A stretch of 61,606 bases of DNA, filler included. It is 4 parts of 4 records of this genome, joined end to end, with 100 filler letters (N's around TTAATTAATTAA, not from the genome) between each part and the next. Parts side by side here need not be neighbours in the genome. Positions count along the whole stretch, not along the records: positions 14,529 to 36,838 come from DRR723986_6953; positions 36,939 to 61,606 come from DRR723986_6954; 2 more parts are not named here. One strand, given 5' to 3'. Made by a program: the position numbers and the translations under genes. The notes beneath the pieces are model-generated. The model made no database searches, was not told the origin of the DNA, and saw nothing but the letters and a program-made list of their open reading frames with translations. This document shows, piece by piece, positions 29,929 to 37,938 of this stretch. Position 1 is the first letter of the stretch. Each line of letters opens with the position of its first letter.

Positions 29929-30828
29929 TCAACCGGTTTCGGCGCGGAAATCACCTGTGTGTGAATGTGATGCGGACGTGGAATTGTTGGCACGTGTGTT
30001 AAGTGCAAGATTAGTGTGATTAGGTGTTTGTGACTGCTCAGGCGGAATGTTAGTTGTTAACTTTTGCCAATGTGAACGCAGCAGTCCCATGCGAACTACG
30101 TCGCGGAAACGGCCCTGGATAAACACGTCCTCGTATGCCACACCTTCCAGGCCAAAACCAAAACGCGTGTTTAAGTTGATATTGCGAATATTTGTGTCGA
30201 CCGCATGAATATAAACCTTGTTAAAGTTGAGGACGTGAAAAACATAATAAAGGAACATCAGAGTAGCCTGTTTACCCAGCCCGCGGCCGCGGTATTGCGC
30301 CTCTCCAATAAACTTTTTCATTTCCAGTTTGCGCGCAATTATCTCTATATTTTCAGCGCCGATCAATCCAATCGGGCCGTGACCTTCCAGTTCGATAACA
30401 AAGTGCTGCGCGTCGTTGCAGTCAAGAAAGTGGCGCCGAATTGTTTCGGTTTCGAGCGAAGGCAGCGAAATAACAGCATCGCGAATTTCGGTTTGACTAA
30501 GCCATTGCACTAAACGCGGCAAATGGGATTTGTTAAGTGGTACCAGCGTCATTGCGCCCAGAGTAAGTGAGCCCTGTGTATGTGCGTCGCGCCGGATATC
30601 CTGGATGCGGAAGTCGGGATCAAGTGTTGCGTCGGACGTATCGCTGCCGGAGTCGGCCCGCGTAACGTAGTCGAGCAGGTGGGTGGAAATACTTACAATT
30701 CCGGAGTTGGCGATTCCATAGCGTTTAAGTTCTTTGTAGAAACTTTCGGTGACCAGACGCAACATCTGTTCGTGCTGGAAGCGGTGGATATCGGCGTAGT
30801 TTTTTTGTTTCTCGCTGTCTGATCTCAC
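29929..30828 (-). CDS. RimJ/RimL-type GNAT acetyltransferase with extra N-terminal helical module
   Basis: KFIGEAQYRGRGLGKQA, LNFNKVY, NIRNINLN.RFGF..EG; start (GTG 30828) uncertain. Confidence 0.8.
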   Translation of the reverse strand: MRSDSEKQKNYADIHRFQHEQMLRLVTESFYKELKRYGIANSGIVSISTHLLDYVTRADSGSDTSDATLDPDFRIQDIRRDAHTQGSLTLGAMTLVPLNKSHLPRLVQWLSQTEIRDAVISLPSLETETIRRHFLDCNDAQHFVIELEGHGPIGLIGAENIEIIARKLEMKKFIGEAQYRGRGLGKQATLMFLYYVFHVLNFNKVYIHAVDTNIRNINLNTRFGFGLEGVAYEDVFIQGRFRDVVRMGLLRSHWQKLTTNIPPEQSQTPNHTNLALNTRANNSTSASHSHTGDFRAETG

Positions 30829-31050
30829 GTGAATTCTCGCTGCTACAAGGCGCACGGTGTATATCTGTTGAATGAGATATTGCTGTTGTATTCTGAGAGT
30901 ACAACAGAGTATGCGCGAATGACAAAATGTGACTTGGTGGCATCAATGTGTGAAATCGTACCGGCAGGCCAGGAGCGATTTCTCAATGCCATGGCAACGG
31001 TGTTTAAGAATGCTGAGCATGTGGCAGTGCGTTGCATTACCTGAAAGTAT

Positions 31051-31092
31051 AAAAAAATCGCCTGAAAACAAGTGTTTCAGACGATTCTTTTT
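31051..31092 (-). terminator. Intrinsic terminator downstream of the IgGFc-domain gene (possibly bidirectional)
   Basis: aaaaaaatcgcctgaaa...tttcagacgattcttttt. Confidence 0.7.
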
Positions 31093-31152
31093 GTTTAGTC
31101 TTCCACTTGGGAAGCAGGCGCCGGCTTTTGCTGCAGCAGGCCGCTCGATCTT

Positions 31153-34100
31153 TTAGCGGATCAGGTTAAGCTGCTGCGTAACGCGGTCCTTGCCCAGATC
31201 GATAATCAGGAAGTAGACGCCCTGTTCCAGGCGCTCGATGGCCAGGTTCAAGTCGTAAATTCCGGCATTAAAGGATTCGTTCATGACTTCGCCGAAGGAT
31301 ACACCCATTGAGTTGACCAGCTCAACGCGGACTTCGCGTTGCTCAGGCAGGCCAAAAATGAGGCGGGTTTCGCGTTCGGTTGGGTTGGGGAAGACGTTCT
31401 CCACAAAGAAGGTTCCGGGGACGTCTGTATGCCGCCCGTTGACCGTTACGCCACAGTTGCTGTTGGCAGTAAAGCTGGCGCCGGCACCGGTTCCATTCAG
31501 CTTAAGCAGGGCTTCAAAGCAGTCGCCTCTAAAGAAAATCTCGTCATCATAGGCTTCTCCCAGCGGGGCGTCAAAACAGATGTCGAGGCCGACGGTGGAA
31601 TTAGGGGCGAGTGTAAAGGGAATCTGCGAACGCGGCACCGAGAAGCGAATGTTGTCACGCAAGGTGACTTCGTCGATGACATAAGGCTCGGAGCTGTTGT
31701 TGCGAATTTGGAGCGCGACACATTCAAGCCCGCCAATTGAGATTTCACCGAATTCGATGACGTCACCTTCGAGTAGAAATTCGACGTCAACGGGCGTAAT
31801 CACGATCGTCGTGTCGAGTACGTTGCCGGCTTCATCGGTCACAATAATGGTGTAACGCGCGGACCGTGTGCGGTCCAGGATGGAGACGGAAACGATGACG
31901 CTGTCGGGAAGATTTGTGCGGTCAACTTCGAGTGTGCCGATGTTGGTAGCGTTGAGAATGTCGATTTCGGCAATGCCCCAGTCGTCGGAAAGGATGTCGG
32001 TAATCACACTGCGCGTAAAGCCGTCACAGGGATCTTCGGTCGAGAGGATGCGCGGGCGATTGCGATCGCGCTTAAAGTCCAGTTCGACTTCGGCGACGAC
32101 GGCGGAGGCGGCACAGCCACCTTCGATGACGAGAGACTCAGTCAGAGTCAATTCTTCAATTGAGCTGGCGCAGACGCGAATCTGGATGGATTCACCGGCA
32201 GGCAGCGCGAAGTTTGTCGGAGTAATTGAAATATCAGTTTCACCTGAAGCCCAGGCGATGTTAGTGACTTCCTGCTCAAAGCGGCCGTAGTTTACGAGCG
32301 TGATGGTGCGGCAGAGTTCGGTGCCATCGGCGCGGCCGACGGCTTCAACTTCTTCGAGCTCGTCACGCGGCTTGTCTACGTAGACTGTGAAGCCGGGAAG
32401 CAATACCGTCTGGGTTTGCTCGCGGCCTGTGGAGTCGGCGCTGATGACACGAGCTTCGCCGTCCTGATATGGATCCTGCAGGCGCAGCACAAAAGTGGCG
32501 CTGTCGGCCGGCTGACTGACTATCACGTCCGAGAGGTTGACATTGTTGCTGGATTCATCAAGGCGCACTTCCTGAATGCCACGGTCAAAAGAGAGCGTGT
32601 CGTGCGTCTGTCCTGTGAAGAAGCCATCTTGACAGGGATCAAAGCTAATTGCCGGCGGAATGATATCCGGTGGCGCAAATTCGGAAATGCGCTGGAAGCG
32701 CATCCCGCCGATATATCCGTAGGAGTCGGCTTCACCGTAACCGTACACGTAAACACCAATTGGCGTGCTGCCTGTTACGGTGTGCGTGCCGGAGGCCACT
32801 TGTAGGTTATCGGTGTACGAGTAGGTTGTGATGCTCAACTTCTTCCAGGCATCGGCCGGAATCGGTTGGCCATCGAGTGTTACGGTTTCCAGGGAGTTTG
32901 TCGGCGCAATGATCGTCACATACTGATTGGCCGAGAATTTGTCTTCCAGATTGCCGTCGTCATCTGTAGTTGTGGCATCGATACTAGAAAAGAAGTAGCG
33001 ATCCATGTATTGTTCGATTGGCGAATTGATGATCATAAATGGATCACCATAAGCCAGATTGAAATTTTCTACATTCGAAGTCTTTTTGAACTGAGCCACC
33101 ATGACGGGGCCCGATGCCGTGACCCACAATGCGTCTGTGACTTCAGCCTCATAAAAATCGCCTGCCTGCAGCGTCCGCAGATATTCGCCATCGATGTACA
33201 CGTCCGTGTCGTCGCGGGCAGCCAGCACGCGGTACAGGTCGCGCACAGGGTTTGTACCCAAATCTGAGTTGACGTAGGGAGTCACAAAAGCTCCGCCACC
33301 CCAGTTGGGAATCGCGTGTAGCTGTTGCACCAGGTGGTCACGTGAAATGCCCGGCGACTCATACGAGATACGCGAGCGCATATGTCCAGCAAAAACGGCA
33401 ACTTCTTTATCTGAATTTATACGCGTTCCAGTCAGGTCGGTAGGATTAGGATCATCTTCGGGAGAAGGGGCTCCCTGCACCAGATAACTTTCGCCGCGGT
33501 TCAGCGTGATATTGATCGTTTCACCGGAATTTGATTGCGTGGATTCGTCGCTGAGGACAATTTCTACGCGGGTATCATTATGTTCGGCCACAACCGCAAA
33601 TTGAGCCAGGGCAGTTCGGTCGGTTTTATACGACATGATCATGTACTCGGTACCGATCGCGTCAACCGGGAAAGCAGCAAAAGCATCACTGGAAAAGATG
33701 GCTTCATTGAGGCCATAAACCGTAATTTCTTCGTCGGACTCTATATGGAAGTGCTGCTGCGCAGTGCGTTGATCCTGGCTGGGAAGGCTGCGGTCACGGT
33801 GTTGTGAATTAGCGAAATTGCCGCGTGTATTGCCAATCAACTCAAAACGTTCAGCTTCAACTTGAAAGGTTTCCATAACATTGGGCTGCAACTGAAAGAC
33901 CTCATTAAACACATTGCCGTCTACGTCGCGATAGTTTAGACGTACCTGCGTGGCTCTTTCAGAAGCAAAGAACAGGTAGAGTGAGTCCTGCCGCTCACCC
34001 GGATCATTGTGCCAGTTGGGGAGGAAGGTCACAAAAAATTCGCGGCCACGTGTATCGATGAATTCCTGCGCTTCGGCCTCGGGACTGTAAAGCAATAAGC

Positions 34101-34203
34101 ATCCAAAAAGGAGGGCAGGAATCAAACGCAGAGCTGTTGTTAATCGTCGGGCCAGTGGGAGCCGTTCTTGGGAAGCGTAAAATCCGGGAACAATCTGAGT
34201 CAT
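31153..34203 (-). CDS. Secreted IgGFc-binding-domain protein with Ig-like repeats and T9SS C-terminal sorting domain
   Basis: DTRGREFFVTF, DLTGTRINSDKEVAVFAGH, DHLVQQ, GDPFM, VYGYGEADSYGY; C-terminal VFPNP...GVYFLII...LNLIR. Confidence 0.85.
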   Translation of the reverse strand: MTQIVPGFYASQERLPLARRLTTALRLIPALLFGCLLLYSPEAEAQEFIDTRGREFFVTFLPNWHNDPGERQDSLYLFFASERATQVRLNYRDVDGNVFNEVFQLQPNVMETFQVEAERFELIGNTRGNFANSQHRDRSLPSQDQRTAQQHFHIESDEEITVYGLNEAIFSSDAFAAFPVDAIGTEYMIMSYKTDRTALAQFAVVAEHNDTRVEIVLSDESTQSNSGETINITLNRGESYLVQGAPSPEDDPNPTDLTGTRINSDKEVAVFAGHMRSRISYESPGISRDHLVQQLHAIPNWGGGAFVTPYVNSDLGTNPVRDLYRVLAARDDTDVYIDGEYLRTLQAGDFYEAEVTDALWVTASGPVMVAQFKKTSNVENFNLAYGDPFMIINSPIEQYMDRYFFSSIDATTTDDDGNLEDKFSANQYVTIIAPTNSLETVTLDGQPIPADAWKKLSITTYSYTDNLQVASGTHTVTGSTPIGVYVYGYGEADSYGYIGGMRFQRISEFAPPDIIPPAISFDPCQDGFFTGQTHDTLSFDRGIQEVRLDESSNNVNLSDVIVSQPADSATFVLRLQDPYQDGEARVISADSTGREQTQTVLLPGFTVYVDKPRDELEEVEAVGRADGTELCRTITLVNYGRFEQEVTNIAWASGETDISITPTNFALPAGESIQIRVCASSIEELTLTESLVIEGGCAASAVVAEVELDFKRDRNRPRILSTEDPCDGFTRSVITDILSDDWGIAEIDILNATNIGTLEVDRTNLPDSVIVSVSILDRTRSARYTIIVTDEAGNVLDTTIVITPVDVEFLLEGDVIEFGEISIGGLECVALQIRNNSSEPYVIDEVTLRDNIRFSVPRSQIPFTLAPNSTVGLDICFDAPLGEAYDDEIFFRGDCFEALLKLNGTGAGASFTANSNCGVTVNGRHTDVPGTFFVENVFPNPTERETRLIFGLPEQREVRVELVNSMGVSFGEVMNESFNAGIYDLNLAIERLEQGVYFLIIDLGKDRVTQQLNLIR

Positions 34204-34304
34204 ATGTATACTCAATTACAATTTACGGTTCTCTATTCAAGGGATGTGAGGACAAACCCCACTTTTCCCGACCAGTTACACAATTGACACTGCGAATTCT
34301 GTAC

Positions 34305-35108
34305 ATGTCAACTGAAAAGCGCTCAAACGCCACAGATTATGCTGCCAAGGCAGTAAAAATCGACGGCCCGGAGCCACAATTTATCTATTGTGACAATCAC
34401 GTTCTGGTGGCGCTGAAGCCGCATGGAATGCCGACTCAGGCCGATGAGAGTACTGATCTGGATTTGCTGGAAGCCGCCAAACAGTACATTAAAGAGCGCT
34501 ATAACAAGCCCGGTAAAGTTTTTTTAGGATTATTGCATCGCCTGGACCGGCCGGCGGGTGGTTTGCTCGTTTTGGCACGTACGTCCAAAGCCGCTTCACG
34601 CCTCAGCGAACAGTTCCGTGAGCGTGTGCCCCTTAAGCGATATCTTGCAATTGTGGAATCCTCGGTGACCGATGCACAGGGCACCTGTGATGACTATCTA
34701 CGCAAGGATTCGGCAAAACGCAAATCTTTTCGTGTCCATGCCCAAGCCGCAGGCGCCAAACGCGCCAAACTGGAGTGGCGCAGACTGGCCGTAGAGAATG
34801 GCCGCAGCCTGCTTGAAGTCACACTCAGCACCGGCCGGCCGCATCAGATACGTGCGCAGCTGGCTGCACGTGGCATGCCGATTGTAGGTGACGTCAAGTA
34901 CGGTGCTTCCTCAAAGTTTTTTGGTGGTCGTGGCATTGCCCTGCACAGCTGTATTATCGGCGTGCGCCATCCCGTGGGCGCAGCTCCGCTGGTCATTCAG
35001 CACGCTCCGCTGCACGCCTGGGGAAATCGCTTCGCTGAAGTAATTCAGCGTTATATTGCAGAAATGGATCTTGACGCCTGTGAATCTGCGCTGCGGCGCA
35101 ATGGGTAA
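34305..35108 (+). CDS. RluA-family pseudouridine synthase
   Basis: KPHGMPTQ, LHRLDRPAGG (catalytic Asp), TGRPHQIRAQL, PIVGDVKYG. Confidence 0.92.
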   Translation: MSTEKRSNATDYAAKAVKIDGPEPQFIYCDNHVLVALKPHGMPTQADESTDLDLLEAAKQYIKERYNKPGKVFLGLLHRLDRPAGGLLVLARTSKAASRLSEQFRERVPLKRYLAIVESSVTDAQGTCDDYLRKDSAKRKSFRVHAQAAGAKRAKLEWRRLAVENGRSLLEVTLSTGRPHQIRAQLAARGMPIVGDVKYGASSKFFGGRGIALHSCIIGVRHPVGAAPLVIQHAPLHAWGNRFAEVIQRYIAEMDLDACESALRRNG

Positions 35109-35162
35109 ATTTCTTCTGGCTACAAAATTTCTGGGTACATCAATTCTTGGAAAAGGGATCAA

Positions 35163-36488
35163 ATGCTGCGTCTTATTTCTTGTCTCTGCCTTGCTGCCTG
35201 CATGATCATGTTAAGCGCATGCCCGCATCCAGGTTATCGAGTCGGTAAATCGCAATTCTACAAGCTGAACTGGACCGGTGCCGTTAGTGATACATCTGCG
35301 CGTGTTGTGGCGCGTTTGCAGCCTGTGGTAAGTACCGTGCTCAAGTTGGAATTAAGCACCGATCGATCGTTCGGTAAAGATGTGCGCCAGATAGGCCGCG
35401 CCAATTATGCCAGCTCACCCGGTGGCGACCTGATACATTTTGATCTCAAAAACCTTAGCCCTTCCACAAAGTACTTTTACCGCTTTCGCGCCAATGACAG
35501 CATCGACACTGCGCGTGTAAGCAGCTTTACGACCTTTCCGCCCAGTGGCAGTTCGTCGGACTTCAGTTTTGTGTTTGGCTCCTGCCAGAAAACGGGCAGC
35601 GACGGTGAGGTCTACGACCGCATGTTAAGGAAAAATCCACTCTTCATTCTCGTGACTGGTGATTTTCACTATGACAACATTTCGGCCAACAACGTCGAGC
35701 GCTTTTTTGATGCCTGGGAGGAGTCTCTGGTCACGCCGCGCCTCTCCAGATTTTATGGCCAGGTTCCAATCGCTTACATGTGGGATGATCACGACTTTGG
35801 TCCAAATAATTCCGATTCAACTTCTCCGGCGCGCTTGGCGGCTTTAAATGCGTATCGCGAGATGGTACCACATTATCCATTGGCTTCGGCAGCACATACT
35901 TCGGCAGTTCACCAGGCGTTCAGCGTGGGGCGCGTGCGTTTTATTCTCTCGGATTTGCGTTCTGCGCGTTCGCCCTATAAACTGGATGATCCCAATAAGA
36001 CCAACATGGGCAATGAGCAAAAGCAGTGGTTTTTTAAGGAAATGTTACGTTCCGCACAGGATCACGATTTGCTCGTGTGGGTGAGTTCCGTGCCCTGGAT
36101 TGACGATGAAAACTCCTCGGACAACTGGAGTTATTACCGCGCTGAACGCAAGGAAATTACCGACTTCATTATTAAACACAATCTGCAAAAACGCATGTGT
36201 ATGCTCTCCGGTGATGCACATATGCTCGCGATTGACGACGGTACTAACTCGTTTAATTCCGACGCCGAAGGTCCAGGTTTTCCGGTGATGCACGCAGCAG
36301 CGCTGGACAGAATCGGATCGCTCAAGGGTGGTCCCTACAGTCACGGACGTTACCGCGGTACGGGGCAGTATGGCAAGATGGACGTGCGTTATGTTGCGGA
36401 CGGTCTTGAGGTGGAGTGGAGTGGTTTTGACAAGGATCACGAAAAGATTGTCGATTACACATTTACGGTTGACCCAATCAAGAACTAG
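35163..36488 (+). CDS. PhoD-family alkaline phosphatase, probable lipoprotein
   Basis: Lipobox LSAC; FGSC, GDFHYD, WDDHD, DLRS, SGDAH. Confidence 0.87.
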   Translation: MLRLISCLCLAACMIMLSACPHPGYRVGKSQFYKLNWTGAVSDTSARVVARLQPVVSTVLKLELSTDRSFGKDVRQIGRANYASSPGGDLIHFDLKNLSPSTKYFYRFRANDSIDTARVSSFTTFPPSGSSSDFSFVFGSCQKTGSDGEVYDRMLRKNPLFILVTGDFHYDNISANNVERFFDAWEESLVTPRLSRFYGQVPIAYMWDDHDFGPNNSDSTSPARLAALNAYREMVPHYPLASAAHTSAVHQAFSVGRVRFILSDLRSARSPYKLDDPNKTNMGNEQKQWFFKEMLRSAQDHDLLVWVSSVPWIDDENSSDNWSYYRAERKEITDFIIKHNLQKRMCMLSGDAHMLAIDDGTNSFNSDAEGPGFPVMHAAALDRIGSLKGGPYSHGRYRGTGQYGKMDVRYVADGLEVEWSGFDKDHEKIVDYTFTVDPIKN

Positions 36489-36747
36489 CTTTTCTGTTTA
36501 AGTCGGAGTACATGTGAGCGTTGCGTCTATTGGCGCAGCGTAATTTCTGTGTGCGGCGCTTTGAGCTCCTTGCTCCGCAGTGGCTGCGCGCGGTTCTCAG
36601 GCTTGGGGTTTGTTTTTGTTTGGCTTTGGGTGAGCAGCGAGGATTGTTGCAGTGACGTTTGTGTTTTGACGCAGGCCGGCAGACTTAAGACTCAGAGTCT
36701 GTGCGGCTCCGGACAGGCTCAATTATTTGAGGTTTGTGCCACAAGAA

Positions 36748-36838
36748 CTCACAGCTAGGATTCTACACCTCTAGAATTCTTGAGCCCCGTGTATTTTCGG
36801 CTCACATGCCTAAGGGCTCACAGCTCGAATTCTACACC
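36748..36838. repeat. 22-nt direct repeat pair with nested inverted repeats at contig end
   Basis: ctcacagctaggattctacacc (36748-36769) and ctcacagctcgaattctacacc (36817-36838), 2 mismatches, period 69. Confidence 0.6.
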
Positions 36839-36938
36839 NNNNNNNNNNNNNNNNNNNNNNNNNNNNNNNNNNNNNNNNNNNNTTAATTAATTAANNNNNN
36901 NNNNNNNNNNNNNNNNNNNNNNNNNNNNNNNNNNNNNN
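36839..36938. other. Artificial contig linker
   Basis: N44-TTAATTAATTAA-N44. Confidence 0.98.
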
Positions 36939-37306
36939 TTGTCGAACTGGCTGCCGTCGCGCTGGAACCGGGTGCCTTCATTGAAGATCTTGCCGAACGT
37001 GTCCTGCACGGTACGGATCTCGGCGCCGATAGCGATCTTGCCGCCCAGCTTTTCCTGGATGTACGGCGCGGCCGACAGATGGTCGGCATGGACGTGGGTC
37101 TCCAGAATCCACTCTACTTTGAGATCATGTTTCTGAATGAACTCAATGATCTCGTCAGCGGACTCGGTGTTCGTGCGGCCGGATGCCGGATCGAAATCCA
37201 GCACCGAATCGACCACGGCGCAGACCTTCGTCTCCGGGTCGGTCACGACATAGCTCACCGTGAAGGTCGGCTCGTCGAAAAAAGCTGTCACAACTGGGTT
37301 CGTCAT
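36939..37306 (-). CDS. MBL-fold persulfide dioxygenase (Blh/PDO-like), 3'-truncated
   Basis: AFFDEPTFTVSYVV.DP, DSVLDFD, ILETHVHADHLSAA, FQRDGSQFD. Confidence 0.88.
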
Positions 37307-37316
37307 CGCGGGCTCC

Positions 37317-37667
37317 TTATTTTCTGGCTTTGGCTGTCTGGGCAATGCGCACACCGGGGTCAGCCTGTTTGCCCAGCATCACCGAGCAGATCGCATCCAC
37401 CATCGCATGCGCGCGCTTGTCTGAAAGTGTATAGAAAACCTGCCGCGCATCCCGGCGCGCGGTCAGCACGCCCTCCTCGCGCAGCTTGGCGAGTTCCCGC
37501 GACAGGCGCGGCTGCGGGATGCCGAGATCCGCCTCGATCTCACCGACAGACGTCTCCCCGCCGCGCAGCTGGCAGCAGATCATCAGCCGGTCAGGATGGC
37601 TGAGGGATTTGAGCAGGCCTGTGGCTTCGGCCACCAGCGGCTCCATCTTCTCACTGTCCCTGATCAT
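37317..37667 (-). CDS. ArsR/SmtB repressor, BigR/SqrR-like
   Basis: LKSLSHPDRLMICCQL...LSRELAKLR..G...R.ARQVFY; second Cys in the C-terminal helix; directly upstream of the PDO-like gene. Confidence 0.87.
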   Translation of the reverse strand: MIRDSEKMEPLVAEATGLLKSLSHPDRLMICCQLRGGETSVGEIEADLGIPQPRLSRELAKLREEGVLTARRDARQVFYTLSDKRAHAMVDAICSVMLGKQADPGVRIAQTAKARK

Positions 37668-37694
37668 CTCGTTCTCTCCGGTCTGACTTTACAT

Positions 37695-37710
37695 TTTACA
37701 TGAGTGTAAA
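37695..37710. promoter_or_regulatory. Palindromic operator, probably for the ArsR repressor
   Basis: TTTACA-tgag-TGTAAA, AT-rich, 27 nt upstream of the ArsR start. Confidence 0.55.
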
Positions 37711-37851
37711 TTACGAGATTCCAAGAGGTCACCGACCTGCGTCAAAAACGTCATCTAGTTTTCAGGAACCGGGCGCCAGGCCTGTTGCCGGAAAGACGCA
37801 CACGCTGGCCAAAGCGAGCTTTTGACCCTCGCCCCCTGCGGCAACCATAGC

Positions 37852-37902
37852 GCGTCACACAACGGTGACAAAACCGATACAGGCCCGTCAAGAAACTGTG
37901 GG
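37852..37902 (+). promoter_or_regulatory. Degenerate Pho-box-like array
   Basis: GTCAC, GTGAC, GATAC, GTCAA at 37854, 37865, 37876, 37887 (exact 11-nt period) upstream of the TonB receptor and phytase. Confidence 0.5.
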
Positions 37903-37938
37903 AAGGGCGTTTCGGTTTACCGAACAGAGGGGTCTGTC

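Noticed and set aside
36748..36838. CRISPR array call
   Set aside because: Only two 22-nt copies, no third copy one period upstream, the intervening sequence is itself palindromic, and no cas genes are present. Kept only as an unexplained repeat.
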